This document shows positions 28,087-43,630 of a stretch of DNA of 64,000 nucleotides, in pieces. Position numbers and translations under genes: made by a program. Origin of the DNA: Amoebidium appalachense (Eukaryota; Protista; Ichthyosporea); assembly GCA_963693365.1 (NCBI GenBank), contig CAVNZM010000011.1, positions 310,001-374,000 on the forward strand, in the 5' to 3' direction. The notes beneath the pieces are model-generated. The model saw only the letters and a program-made list of their open reading frames with translations, made no database searches and had not been told where the DNA came from. Position 1 is the first letter of the stretch; every line of letters starts with the position of its first letter.

Positions 28087-28842
28087 AAAAAAAAAAAAAA
28101 AACGGGGAACCCCAACTAATTGATTTTTCTTATCTAGGGGCCAGGCCCGTTGGGATTGTTTTTTAGCTCAGATTTGGTCTGCATTGCTCTTTTAGAGCCT
28201 GACTTGCTTGCTGTGCCTCGGTAGGTTTTGAGGGGGGCCTGTTGGGAAGCAGCAGTTATGATGTCTTCTTGCGGAATGTGGTCTGGTCAACATCGATGCA
28301 TATGACTAGTTGGAGCAAACTAGTTTCACGCATACACGTACACTTAAGGTTTTGCCCGCAGCCTGGTGTCCTTTGTCACTTGTCGCTTTATTTTTATTTC
28401 GTAGCTTTGGCTTTTTCAGTTCTATTGGTGGTTATGTAGCCTGTGGCTGCACGTTGCCTTCGTCAACGGATCAATAAAACCGAGTCAAAAGAAAAAGAAT
28501 AAAAAAAAAATCTTAGTCTTTATGGTGTCTCGTAGAGAAAGTAAACCCTGATATATAGTCATCACCCGACATCTATGTACGTGATCATGATATACCGCTG
28601 AGGGGATATTCCGAGCAAAAACCCCCATACCTGAGACTGGTCTCTCTTTGCCTCGAGTAAACAGCGTAAACCCCCTTAAAGATTTATCGGGCATATATGA
28701 GTCATGCGATTGGGCGTGAGCGCATCACCTAAATGTGCAGATTTTGCCGCTCGAAATCTGGCTCAGAAAGGATTACCCGAGGTGACAGGCAGAGGCGAAA
28801 AAAAAATTACCCCCTTCCTGGTCCAAACTGCTAAGAGCCATG

Positions 28843-30234
<1,392 letters not shown>

Positions 30235-30406
30235 GGCCTCACATGCCTAAGTGCAGCCATTATAGTAGGGGTGTGGAGGATGTGATACAGGGGTCATTCA
30301 GGATTAACTTAGTAATTCATCTATATTCTTAAAAGTACTAAAAAAAATTTGAAAAAAGTTAAGACTCGAGGGGCTACCGAGGCTGAGGGAAAATACGATA
30401 ACGGGG

Positions 30407-30441
<35 letters not shown>

Positions 30442-30482
30442 TATCTAGAGGAGGGACCGTGGCTTCCAACCAACAAGACGCT

Positions 30483-30517
<35 letters not shown>

Positions 30518-31414
30518 GGTAGAGATAAGATATTAAAACCTACGGCCGAGAAACATAAGATTTTAGACCGTAAATCGAATTCAATTGTTATCTTAAAAGT
30601 GAGTGACCCCTTTAGTTGCGCAAGCCACGAAAATACGCCGTCTGATTCACTAGCCCCCTACTTTTACAGTAATTATTCTCGCCAGCTGTGCCCTAGCTTG
30701 CTATTTTTCCTGGCCAGCAAATTATGTGTGGGTACTTAGAGGCTCGATATCATGAAAGAATGTGAATATATGTAGCCTCCGTTCTTGGATTCGGAAGCCG
30801 TTTTCCGGCAAAAAACTTCTGTAATCTCAATGATGTCATTTATTATTATTGCCATGTTGCAGTAAACGAATTCGAAGGCTACAAGCATGTGAGCACACGA
30901 CAGTGAGTTTATAATGGAGTATGATATATGCTTAGTGCATTATAATTATGGTACTTTGGTTTGCAGTTTCCCAGTGCTCAAGTTCAGTTGCTTTGTTGAG
31001 CTCTTAAGCTTCAGCAGTCTTATTGCCAGTATTTCAAGTTATTCGTTCATTTGTAACCACGTCTTGCCCCACACCGGCCCGCAGTTGTTAGCATGGCATG
31101 TCATGGTGGGTGCACGCCTATAAAACCAAACCAAGCCAAGATTGGTGGCTAAGCAAGAGTATGTTTCGTGCAAAGTAAAGGCTTGCAAACAGATAAGCTT
31201 TTGCTTCGGTCATTTCCTTTCCGTATTTTACAACCCACCACGAAGCTTCGTCTAGCCAACGCCGTCATGCTATTCGCCCTTCGCTGTGCAGTTGACTGTC
31301 ACAGTGCAACATGCTCAACTTTTGGCTTTTTGTTTTGGTTCGTTTTTTTCTGTTGCATGATTGCCGTAACGGTTACCCCCCCCCCCCCCCCCCCCCTCCC
31401 CCCTCCCCCCCCCT

Positions 31415-31446
<32 letters not shown>

Positions 31447-31767
31447 AAAAAAAAAAAAGAAAAAAAGAAAGGAAGAAAAAAAACCCAGCTCCCACCCAAC
31501 CAGTGCAGTACCCCCTCCTTCCCCCAAGAACACATGCACATGGTTGAACGGTGCGGACTGTTCCCCAACCCATCCTTTCTGGCCTCCCCTGGTGTTACGC
31601 GCTCAAAACAATCAGAGAGGATGGAGAGAGAGCATTGGGATGAAGTACCAGGTGTTTTATAGGTGACAGACATAACCGTAATGCTGAATAATGGTACCCA
31701 GAGGACAGACAGAGGGCTTTCCCCCTCCTCCATCCCCTCCCCTCAGCTCTACATGCCAAGACCCACT

Positions 31768-31824
<57 letters not shown>

Positions 31825-32679
31825 AGGGAGGGGGGGGGGGGGGGAGGGGAGGGAATTAGAACCCTGCTGACCTGAAGGTGGGTCCACCCTTCCCCCCTCC
31901 TCACCTTCCCCCCCTTCCCCCCCCCTCCCCTCCCCCCCCCCCCCCCCCCCCGCCTCCCCGCGTGCGCTACCATGCCTGTAGAGCAAACACACTCCCAGAA
32001 CTCCTGCACATATGCCAGGCTTCACACTAATGCACAACTAGGCCGTTCGTACCCCCACCCCAGCTCTTTTCTTTGTTGCCATCTTTAGTCTTTGGTCTCT
32101 AACACTCCTAACAGGCAGCTGGGTGCCCGCCTGCAGGCGCACACTCACACATGTGTAAGGTTCACACATGCACCAGCAGCAAACAGACGTACACACACCC
32201 TTTCGCTCTTTCTCGCTCTCTCTTTTTCTCTTTTCTAGTCTCCAGTCCCCACCCTTTCCTTTGAAATCCTCACAAGAGAACCCTTCAGGCAAATGCAGGT
32301 ACATGCATGCCTCTGCAACAACACACACACAGACACGCGTATCATAAAGTACCTGTATGATGGCATACATTATGTGTGTGAGGTGCCCAGCAGACACGAA
32401 ACAACCCTTTGCTTGAGACCACACCACACAAGTGCGTGCACATACACAAATACATTCAACCAACGCACGTACATACACGGCAAGTTCACACGCATGCACA
32501 CATACACATGCAGCATCATATGGATGCACACCAAGCACACACTTGCATATGAGATATGCAAACATACGTCAACAAAGTACACACAGAGGCACACATCCAC
32601 AATCACGCACACAGCTGTTAGAACAGCATCGTGCCATTCAAATTCTTGATTTGGTCGTTGCAAAAAAGTGAGAAATAAA

Positions 32680-32744
32680 GAAGTTGGGGTAAAGAGAGAA
32701 AGAGGTGTGTGGGAGGAGCCTTTTTTTTTGGCGGCGCTGGGCCG

Positions 32745-32782
<38 letters not shown>

Positions 32783-32870
32783 AGGGGGGGAGGGTACGAC
32801 CGTCACATTCAACTTTAGGGGGGGGGAGGGGTTGTGTGTGTGTGTGGGAGGTGAGAGGAGGGGGCTGGGT

Positions 32871-32919
<49 letters not shown>

Positions 32920-33107
32920 TGGGGGGGCTCTCTTTACGATTAGCTTAGGAAGTTTTTTTTTTTTTGCTGGGGAGGGGGGGGGGGGGGAGGGGAGGGGAGG
33001 GGTGAAGGTGGAGGGGAGGGAGGGCAGCAATACCCGAGCAGGTAAAACACCCCTCCGTTTCCCCGTTGCTGGTGGTTGTGTGTGCGTGTGTGTGCGTGTG
33101 TGTGTCT

Positions 33108-33138
<31 letters not shown>

Positions 33139-34240
33139 GGGGGTAGTGTATTAGAGTATCCTGGGAGGAGCCATCACATGGGTTTCATGATGCGTCTGAT
33201 AATATGCTAAACCCCCCCCCCCCCCCCCCTCCCCCCGGGCACCCTTACCAGCTCTCTTTTCAAGTTTATAATTTCTATGAATTTACGGTATTCTATAGTG
33301 AGCATTAAAAAGTTGGATAGCTTTAGAAAGTTGGGGTTTGAGAGGGAGGTGTGTGGGAGGAGTTTTTTTTTTTTTTGGTGGCGGCGGTGCGGGGGGAGGG
33401 GGGAGGAGGGGGGGAGGAGGGGGAGGGGGGGGGGGGGGGGGGGGAGGGAGGGGGGGGGAGGGGGGGGGGGGGGAGGGGGGTACGACCTTCACAAAGAGCT
33501 TTAGGGTTTTTTCTTTTTTCTTTTTCTTTTTGTGTGTGTGTGTGTGTGTGTGTCTGTGTGTGTGGGGGAGAGGCGGGTCCATACGCCTGAAGCCCTCTTA
33601 AACCCCCCCGACATTGAACCCCCCTCCATTGAAAAGTTTGATAGATTAAACATTCATCAAATTCGCTGAATCACCGCCGCCGCCACTACGCGGAATCGCT
33701 GACTCGCTGAATTGGGCGATTTAAAAGGATTTCGCGGTTTTTTGCTACGTATTGAATATTGGCCAATCAAGTTTGAAGATCTAGGTGCATTCCGTTATAT
33801 GTAGGAATGTGTCGCATGCGTAGTTTTTACCCAGGTGAGTGGGGGCTGATTACCCCCCACTTCGGTACAAAGAACAAACCTTTTTTGTTCTTAGGGTTCA
33901 TGTTAATTTTCACACACCGAATACCCGTCCGGTCATAATCCTTCTCGATATTGATAACTCTATAAATAAGAAACCCGCCGATACCGACAACCAATCACCA
34001 ATAGCCTAAAACCGATGTAGATGTGAGAATGTGTGATATGTTTACCACGTTTTTAGCGGATTAATTTCATGCTGAGCTTTACATACGCATCCTCCAATCA
34101 GATCACTCGAAATGGCAAGGGGGGTTGCGGCGTATTGACCTGTGTGGGGGAAGGGGGAGGGAGGGGGGGAAGGGGGAAAGGGGGGGAAGGGGGGCACGCT
34201 CTTTACCATTAGCTTAGGAACTTTTCTTTTTTTTTTTTTT

Positions 34241-34271
<31 letters not shown>

Positions 34272-34470
34272 GGAGGGGAGGTTGATGCATTAGAGTATCG
34301 TGGGGGGAGTCATCACATGGGTTTCATGATGTGCGGAATATATACTAACCCCCCTCCCCCCCCCCCCCCTCCCCCCCTCCCCCCCCCTCCCCCCACCCTC
34401 TTGCACCCTTACCAGGGCCTCTCCCCTCTCTTTTCAAGTTTAAAAATTCTACGGAGTTACGGTACCCTAT
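32680..34470. repeat. Old tandem duplication of a roughly 640-bp unit, second copy interrupted by about 0.65 kb of other sequence
   Basis: AAGTTGGGGT…GAGGTGTGTGGGAGGAG…GTACGACC.TCACA…CTTTAGGG at about 32680 and 33328. CTCTTTAC.ATTAGCTTAGGAA…ATTAGAGTATC…CATCACATGGGTTTCATGATG…CACCCTTACCAG…TTTTCAAGTTTA at about 32930 and 34200. Confidence 0.75.
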
Positions 34471-34797
34471 AATAAAAATACCCCACAGAGTGCAACGTTT
34501 AGCCTTAGATAAAGGTAGGGGGGAGGTGCACGGAACTTGCCACAGACTGCATCAGAGACTTCATGACACTAAATATCGCTTATATAAGTTATAGAGTGGG
34601 CTATCCGAACATCCACAAGAGCACAAAACCAAGTACGTGGCTGTTGGCCTGATTGATAACTGATATTACAGAGTGTTTACTATTTAGGGGCATAATAAAA
34701 ATAAAAAAAGGACTTGGCCGCTTTTGTAATCTTAATGGCGGGGAAATTCAATCTGAGTGGTGGATGGGATGTGTACTATAAGTTAACATGTGTTTTA

Positions 34798-34875
<78 letters not shown>

Positions 34876-35806
34876 GTGTGCGTGTGCGTGCGCATGCCTG
34901 TACCCTTGCACCCTTTGTCTGTGAACATGTGACTGTCGAGTGCTTGTGTGCTGCCATGAAATCTATCTTCTTCCTCCGAGGCCTGCGCTTCCCTCTCTGT
35001 CCTTTGAACCCCCTCGACTCATCTTTTTTTTGGGATAAGTTATCGGGCTCCGGCAGCTGCAACATATGGTTAGGACAAAGTTCGTTGTTGTTTGTTCAAC
35101 CTTTTCTTTCTTTTCTTTTCTTCTTTCTTTTCTTTTTTTTTTTTGGGAGGGTGAGAAGGGGGGATGAGAAGAGGGGGAGGGGGATAAGGGGGCAGGGGAG
35201 GGTGGGGGGGGGGGGGGGGGGGGGGGATGTAAAAGTGGCGCACGACTTACTGGGGGTCAACAAAAACCTCCATTTCCCGTGAGTCCCCCCTTTGCACCTT
35301 CCCCTCCTCCTCCCTCTTCCCCCCTGCATATCACAACACATTTTAGGCCATATATTCCTTTTGTGGTTTCAATGCCGGTGTGCACTGGTATTCAATAGTA
35401 TGTTGCTATTATAGTTTTTTTCACATGTCTTTATTTCCTCGGAGTGTTTCCACATGCACAGCATGGTCTATGATGTTGGTAGCCACCTGTTATATACCGA
35501 GATTGACCGACAACTCAGTATATACATTTACTATAGCCTCGCACACTACGCAGTTACTGGACAGCACACTGTGCACGTGGCCATAAGCAAAGGTTTGTCG
35601 CGTGGTGACCACGTGTCCTCCCCTTCGTACACGTGTGTGCAAGGTACGTGTTTGTTGCGGTGTGTAAACTCTTAGAATTGAATAGGTAGACGAAAACATT
35701 GCCTGTGGGTTTAACAGGTCTTTATTTCTATTTTCTAATGAAGGATAGAAGTTTTAGTTCTTGCCAGCAGCGCAAGACACACAGCGTGTGGTACAAGGGC
35801 ACACAT

Positions 35807-35937
35807 GCACACAACAGCGCACACACCGCACACAACAGCGCACACACCGCACACAACAGCACACACAACGCACACAACAGCGCACACACCGCACACAACA
35901 GCGCACACACCGCACACAACAGCGCACACACAGCACA
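35807..35937. repeat. Minisatellite, 21-bp unit x about 6
   Basis: GCACACAACAGCGCACACACC repeated. Confidence 0.9.
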
Positions 35938-36080
35938 CTTGTCAAAGGTGTGCACGCATATGAACCGAGAAAATGGGATGCACACTCGTGCCCCATACCC
36001 ATAACTTACAAGCACACATCCGTACCCACGAACACACACTGACGCCCTGAGATGATAACACACATATCCACAAACAAGCC

Positions 36081-36276
<196 letters not shown>

Positions 36277-36413
36277 TGCGTGCGCGCACGTACGCACGCA
36301 CGCACGCACGAACGCACGCACGAACGCACACACGAACGCACTTGCATGCACGCACTTGCATGCACGCACGCACTTGCATGCACGCACTTGCATGCACGCA
36401 CGCACGCACGCAT

Positions 36414-36477
<64 letters not shown>

Positions 36478-36618
36478 GCCTTATTGTTTTACACAAACAC
36501 ACGGCAAAGCTGATGGGTGCGATAATGAGCAGACGTGGGTTTTGGCTGAACCGCTGTTGGTAGTACAACACTCACGGATCAGAAACTGCGGAGATTTTCT
36601 CTTTGAAAACCACAAAAG

Positions 36619-36660
<42 letters not shown>

Positions 36661-36771
36661 AAATAATAACTTGAAAATAAAATAGAATAAAAAGGATGAA
36701 GAAGAAAGAATAAAAAAGACACACACAAACATACACTACACGTGCACACGTACACACACACACACACAAAC

Positions 36772-36803
<32 letters not shown>

Positions 36804-36812
36804 GCGCGTGTG

Positions 36813-36843
<31 letters not shown>

Positions 36844-36903
36844 GCACGCACACACACACACGCACACACACACGCACACAGACACGCACACACACGCACA
36901 CGC

Positions 36904-37032
<129 letters not shown>

Positions 37033-37266
37033 CATCCAACTTCTGCCTAAATATCACCACCACATCACTCCGGATATATCAGTCTTTAAAATAATTATCG
37101 AAGACCACGGCAGCACGACGTAAGGGAAGAATCCGGACGCCCATACAATGGATGAGCCTCGGAACTTCATTTAACCATTCCTCGACCTTCATTACCCCAA
37201 TTTTATTTGCTACCTTTACTCCTTTACAACCCTCTCGCCCCCTTCCCCCAGCATCCCCCCCTCCCC

Positions 37267-37305
<39 letters not shown>

Positions 37306-37697
37306 GGGGGGGCTCAGGCACCAGAGGTGGCCTACTGAGAACTCCAGAAATTGTCCTCAGTTAGCCCATAGAACCCCTCCATTCTTTTCCCTTGTCCCTG
37401 AGAATTTGTTCCGAAACAAGTTGCTCCTGGATCTTTGTCAATGAGGAATATATGTTGTCAGCGCTGGTATTTAACGTTTTAAAATGCCCCCCTCCCCCAC
37501 GCCCCCTCCCCCTTCGCTCCACTCCCCGGTCCTCCCCCCCCTCCCCCCCCCCCCCCCCCCCCCACCTTCCTCCCCATCCCCCCTCGGACCCCCCCAATCA
37601 TTGTATTACGGTATCCATTTCCCATATCCCATGGCGTCCAAGTTTACCATGCAGCCCAACTTGGTCAACATGATTAGCATACCGGTTTCTTACATTG

Positions 37698-37735
<38 letters not shown>

Positions 37736-38051
37736 CCCCCCCCTCCCCAGACGGGCTCCCCCTGCAGTACGCAACTAGGCATCCACGGGTTATCCAGTTT
37801 CTCTCCCTCCCTCCCTCCCTCCCTCCCTCCCTACCGCCTACCTCCCTCCTTTCCTCCCTCCCTCCCTCCGTTTTGTCTCTTTCTCTATGACTTCCCCCTG
37901 CACACCTAGTAAGGATTTCTCGGAGTCTTCGAGACCCACGAAGCCATTCAATTTTAGCTAGAGCTCTTGCACACACACTGCCAAACTGATTTTAACACAC
38001 GGACAGCGTTTTTCTCTTTTTATCAGCTTTTTAAAGCTTACTAGCCCTCCC

Positions 38052-38090
<39 letters not shown>

Positions 38091-38191
38091 CCCCTCTTTC
38101 CTCTCGATATGATGTATTGATATAAATGGATCTGTGCAACACTGGTTATTCAGCAAACTACCGTTGATTTGAGTGCTGGCCTAGATCCTGG

Positions 38192-38400
38192 TTTTTTATT
38201 TTTTATTTTATCCCGTTTTGTTCCCGGAGGGACCCCTTGGGCCCTCAGGGGGAACTACCGTCTTCCACCCAGCACCGACAGTACTCTAGCCAGGGTGCTA
38301 CGGTATTATAAGCTAAGCTAACACACCTTTAAACAATCCTAACTATTTGCACACAATTTGCCCAGGGTATTCACCCCAGCCACGCCGGTGGGTAGCACCA
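38192..38400 (-). mobile_element. Dispersed repeat copy B, paralog of 23831-24040
   Basis: See copy A; T-rich tract at 38192-38210 corresponds to an A-rich tail on the minus strand. Confidence 0.6.
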
Positions 38401-38924
38401 GGCTTCCCCTCCACTCAAGACGTACGAGATAACTTTAAAACCGGGCTCTCATTGGTTTGTCTAAAGTGGTGGAATGTGTGGTTTGGGGTGGGCGGGGCCT
38501 ACGGAGGATATGGATGAATGGAGGGGACTGGTGGTGGTGGGTTGCTACCTAGCAGAATATGGTGTTGGACGTAGAGTGTGGCTACAGTGTAGTGGTCTAG
38601 GAGCCTAGTGTTACATGCATTTGGTTGGTTCTGTGGGTGTGTCTGCAGGTTGGGCATGCTGGCCGTGTGTGTGTTGGGGGTGTGTGTGTGTAGTTTGGGT
38701 TTTGGTGGGGCTCTACCTCTTTGTTTACGGGTTTGGTACGGGTGGTGTTGCGGTGTTTGTGTTTGTGCATTTTGGGGTGTGTGGGTGGAAGGGTCGTGTT
38801 ACGTGGTGTCCAAATTATAGGGAAGAAAAAGGTTTGCAATTCTACTGTAATTTTACCTAAGATGACTCGTGTCGTGGGCTCTTTGGTGTCCTGGTTTGCT
38901 CCATATTCCATTGAGACTTTGGAA

Positions 38925-39190
38925 TATGCAGGCCACAAATGTACACACACACACACACACAGAATATTAGGGGATCCGGAACTGCAGGCCACAAATGCAC
39001 ACCACACAGAGGGGATAGGAAAACTGCACGCCACAAATACACGCACACACACACACACGCACACACACACACAGAAAACAAGGGGAACTGCAGGCCACAA
39101 ATACACACACACACACACACACACAGAAAATAAGGGGAACTGCAGGCCACAAATACACACACACACAGAGAGAAACTTAGGGGAACTGGC
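38925..39190. repeat. Degenerate minisatellite of GGAACTGCAGGCCACAAAT+(AC)n units, about 5 copies
   Basis: GCA[G/C]GCCACAAAT recurs about every 45-60 bp. Confidence 0.85.
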
Positions 39191-39512
39191 AATCTTCCAC
39201 GCGCACACGCACACTCGCATGCATTCACACGCACACGCAACTGCGCCAGAGATTGCGACGTCACTCTCATCAACGAATCATCACATGACCTAGCTTGCGC
39301 TGGCCGTAGGAAAACACCACACACACATCATATTTAAATTTATGTACACGTGCACGCCACGTGGCGTTACATAAGCACAGCAAATATAGGCACGTACACA
39401 GGCCACGTACATGCAACACTCAGCCTAACCACACGGCTGCTCGGGACTCGGAAGGACTCAGGCAGTTTGCTTCGCTCTGTTAGTTAAATTTTCTGATAAG
39501 CATCTGCGATAC

Positions 39513-39555
39513 GATTGGCTGTTGATGAAAAAGCGCGCCAACTCTTGTGATATCA
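39513..39555 (+). promoter_or_regulatory. Promoter module of ZF gene 3: GATTGG, E2F-like AAAGCGCGCCAA, GTGATATCA
   Basis: Same motif order and similar spacing as 28873-28913. Confidence 0.55.
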
Positions 39556-40064
39556 GCTGCATCATCCCAAGAACTCAGTTGCTATGTTGCTGTCGACGTG
39601 TGGGAGCACAGCACACCTGACGGGCAGACACACAGACACTCACTAGCGGCCAAAACAGGAAAACGCATGCCTGGTATAGAGGGTTGCATGGTGGCTAAAG
39701 GGGGGGTTGTTAAGGTATTTCAGAACATACAGTACCAGGAAAGTGTTTACATATACAGACCAACTTCCGACTGCCTTAGCAGCACCGTAACTGCATCTGA
39801 GCGTCGATCGTGGGGGGAAACTGCGGATAGGTAGTGATGTTAGCATGTAACAGCTACGGTGGTTTATACTCATTGCTATAGCACTGTTTCCCCACTTCTA
39901 CTTAAGCGATTGGGAGCACGCATGTACCGATGATCTTGCCAGTGAAAAGGGCAACTCAGGCTGGCTTACACATAGATCTTCTGGTGCCACCCCTAGATCT
40001 TACACTAGCAGACACCCAAACTACGCATATACACATCCATGCCCACACACAAGCACACAGAAGT

Positions 40065-41120
40065 ATGGCTCTACTCAAGCCAACCCCCTCTCTGGCTTCT
40101 GCTATGGCCAGATCCATGCTCTCTGGAACCAGCAGACGCCCTTTTCGCTACACCTCCCACTCGATCTCTACCCACGCTGATCCAAACGAAACCAAAACGG
40201 AGCAAGAAAACCCCCCAGAACCCCTACCCATCGTTCGAAATGGCGCATATGTGTGCCCTCGCCCCGGCTGCACACACACGTTTACGTCCAGACACCTCCT
40301 TGTAGTGCACACGTACAGGCACAGTGTCCCTCTCTCGCAAAGAAAACGAAGCTTCACCCGGGACGACACACCAGCAACCATCCAACAGAGGGAAAGGGCG
40401 GCCCTTGCTAGCCTCAAAAACGCAACCAACACCAGCCAAGCTCTCAACACAAACGGTTTTGCAGGCCCGGGCATGCCATTCTGTTCTTCTCAGGGTGAAA
40501 ATGCAACGGGTCCCCAACCAACAACCAGCAACCTCCCCCGGTGTAGACCAACACGTCCCCCCCTTCCCCAGCGTCCACGTAGGCTACCACGCACCAGCAC
40601 ATGTAGTAACAAGGAAAACACATGCAGCCTGTCAACAGAAAACGAGCACGAGCAAAAGCCTTGCCCACAGCCAAAACACACAGCCAAACCCAAGCAAGCT
40701 GTGCGGCCCACCCCCACTGTTGGGGCACCAGGAGAGAAGAAGAAGTTCAAGTGTCCGCACTGCGACTTCACCAATGAGCGCTGGAGCCACATAGAGCGCC
40801 ACCTGCCTGTGCACGACGGCCGGCCCCGCCCCTATGCCTGCTCCTTCCCTGGGTGCGTGGCACGCTATGCCCTGCCCGGCCCCCTTGTCCTGCACGAGCG
40901 CAAACACGTGTGGCCCTCAACCGACGACACGAAGAAGTTTGCATGCCCCTTTGCTGGGTGCATGTCCAGGTTTGGGCGCAAATACGACTGCGACGAGCAC
41001 TACCGCACGCACCTGGGGGAGAGATATCCGTGCACCTACCCTGGCTGTGAAAGCAGCTACTCACGTGAGAGGGATATGAAGAGACACTACGATGAGAAGC
41101 ACAAGCATGTGTACCGCTAG
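40065..41120 (+). CDS. C2H2 zinc-finger protein 3, about 351 aa, 1 N-terminal finger, linker, 4 C-terminal fingers
   Basis: YVCPRPGCTHTF…LVVHTYRH; FKCPHC…HLPVH; YACSFPGC…HERKH; FACPFAGC…HYRTH; YPCTYPGC…HYDEKH. Start chosen at ATG 40065 after a probable CAG acceptor; the ORF is open from 39930. Confidence 0.9.
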   Translation: MALLKPTPSLASAMARSMLSGTSRRPFRYTSHSISTHADPNETKTEQENPPEPLPIVRNGAYVCPRPGCTHTFTSRHLLVVHTYRHSVPLSQRKRSFTRDDTPATIQQRERAALASLKNATNTSQALNTNGFAGPGMPFCSSQGENATGPQPTTSNLPRCRPTRPPLPQRPRRLPRTSTCSNKENTCSLSTENEHEQKPCPQPKHTAKPKQAVRPTPTVGAPGEKKKFKCPHCDFTNERWSHIERHLPVHDGRPRPYACSFPGCVARYALPGPLVLHERKHVWPSTDDTKKFACPFAGCMSRFGRKYDCDEHYRTHLGERYPCTYPGCESSYSRERDMKRHYDEKHKHVYR

Positions 41121-41671
41121 GGCATGTGTGCGGGTCTATAGGCCCCTGCCCTAGGCGTTGTATCTTTGCTTGTCTTGGTTTGGCTCATGCGCAGGTGCTC
41201 GCTGCATAGGTATGTCTTTTATATGCTTGCTTTCTTTTCTATTTCTTTCTTGGTGTGTCAAAATAACAAAATAGCCTATGTTAGGTTGTTGGGTTGCGGA
41301 AAGGGAGGGAGGGGGGGAGGGCAGGGGGGATGGGGGGGGGATATTGGTCGGGGGGGGGGGGGGGGGGGGGGAGGGAGGGTAACTGATGAAGGAGGCCGCG
41401 GGGGAGGGGGGGGGGGGAGGTTGGAAGGGGTACGTTGCAGGCCTTGAAGTGTGTTGGTGTAGAGATGTATGGGGGTGCGGATGTGGGGAGTATTAAGAAG
41501 AAAAGAGCAGCCTTGGCAAGGAACATACAGCGAATGTGCCGATTATGAATTCAGATTCAAGCTCAAAACACCTCCAAGTTTATAGCTGCCGAAGTATGGA
41601 TATTATTCGGCTGCACCTGGCTGTGTGTGCCCACATACATAAGTTGAATCTTAGTAGCGCTTGATGCCCCC

Positions 41672-41714
<43 letters not shown>

Positions 41715-41735
41715 CCCCCGCACCTCTCCCTCCTT

Positions 41736-41780
<45 letters not shown>

Positions 41781-42632
41781 TAAAAAATTTAAAAGAAAAG
41801 AAAGAAACTGGCTGCCCGGATACATTGTCAATGAAGAAGTTTGAAATAATGGCATCGTGTTTGAGATGTTGCTGCTGAGAAAAAAGATTTCAGCAGAAAA
41901 CACGTCTGAACACAGTGACTACTGGTAGGTTAAGGCCAAATGGTCACGGTGTGCAATATTGTATGTCGCCAGCCGAAACAAGGGAAACTGTTACAGAAAA
42001 TACGAGTGTTGAGTACTCGGAAAATGCATCAGGTCACACGACACCACATGCCCCTGAAACCAGCCAATCACATCCTGCTTGCGGCGGTGGATGTCTTAGT
42101 GCAAATCTGTGAGGGGGTGTGGTTGCATGTGTGTGGCTGTTGTCAGCTTATATTTATTCCATTCTTATTGTTTGTAGGTTTTTGTGGTGGTGGTGGTATG
42201 AGGGCTGATGGTGGTGGTACTGGCGGCACGGCGGTGGTCGTGTGTCTTTGCGTGTACTGTATGTGTGTGTGTGTGTGTTGTGTTTGTGGGTGGTTTTGTT
42301 TGTTGGGAGAGGGGGGGGATAGGGGGAGGAGAAGGAGAGGCTCCGAGGCTGGAAATGAGGGAAGGAGGTTGTAAGTTATGGAAACACAACTCGATTAGGG
42401 AGGGTGGGGGAGGAGGGGGAAGGGGGGGGGGGGGGGAGGTTAGAAGATGACGAGGGGAAGATGGGGAGATTTGTTGGACAAACAGATACCACTGCAAGGA
42501 CCGAACGAGGCTCACGAAAGTATCATTATGCTGTGGCTGTGGGCTAAAACAACCGAACACAGAGTAAAGCCCAAGAGGAGTCCCCCCCTCCCTCCCTCTC
42601 TCCCCCCCCCCCAAAAAAAAATGTGTATGTGT

Positions 42633-42679
<47 letters not shown>

Positions 42680-42793
42680 GCGTGTGTATGTGTGTGTGTG
42701 TGTGTGTGTGGGGGGGGGGGGGGAGGAGGCAATTATTTCCTTTTCTCTTTATTGTACTATTTTTCCCTTTTTTTTCTCTTTTTGTTTCTCCGT

Positions 42794-43278
42794 GCAAAGT
42801 GGTGATTTGTTGTTGTTGTGGTTTTTACTATTGTTTTCTTTGGAGGGGAGGCGGGGGGGGGGGGGGGGGGGGGGATGGTGGTGGTGGTGGTGGTGGGGGG
42901 GGGGGGGGGGGAGGTGGATGGGGTGGGTGGGGGTGGGGTGGTGGGGTTGGAGGGGCGGGGAAGGGGGGGGGGGAGGGGGGGGGGGGGGGGAGGGGTCAGC
43001 AGGAAGGGCGAAAAATGATGTCAAAATCCTTATACAGTATCTGTAAAGTGGTGATTGTTGTTGTTGTTGTTTTTACTATTGTTTTTTTTGGAGGGGGAGG
43101 CGGGGGGGGGGGGGGGGGGGGGGGATGGTGGTGGTGGTGTGGGAGGGGGGGGGGGGGGGGGGGGGGAGGGGGTGGGTGGGGTGGTGGGGAGGGGAGGGAG
43201 GGGCGGGGAGGGGGGGGGGGGGGGGGGGGGGTCAGCAGGAAGGGCGAAAATGATGTCAAAATGCTCATACAGTATCTG
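42794..43278. repeat. Tandem duplication, about 240 bp x 2, G-rich
   Basis: AAAGTGGTGATT…TTTTTACTATTGTTTT…GGGTCAGCAGGAAGGGCGAAAA.TGATGTCAAAAT.CT.ATACAGTATCTG occurs twice. Confidence 0.9.
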
Positions 43279-43531
43279 AGTGTTTGAGCAGAATGAGAGG
43301 ATGAGGAGGAAAAGAGATGCTGAGGAGAAGAAGCAGGGCCAAAAGACCAGAGAGGAAGGAGGGGTAGCGGAACAGAGCAGTAAAAATGAGGCTACATGTA
43401 TAAAGGTGTTGGGCTATAAGGAAAAGAAGGAAATTCGGAGGAGTGTGATTTTGCGCACAGCCAGGAGGGAACCGATGATGACTTGCATCCGGGGGACAAG
43501 GGGGGGAAGGGGGGGGGTGGGGGGGGTAGCA

Positions 43532-43630
<99 letters not shown>

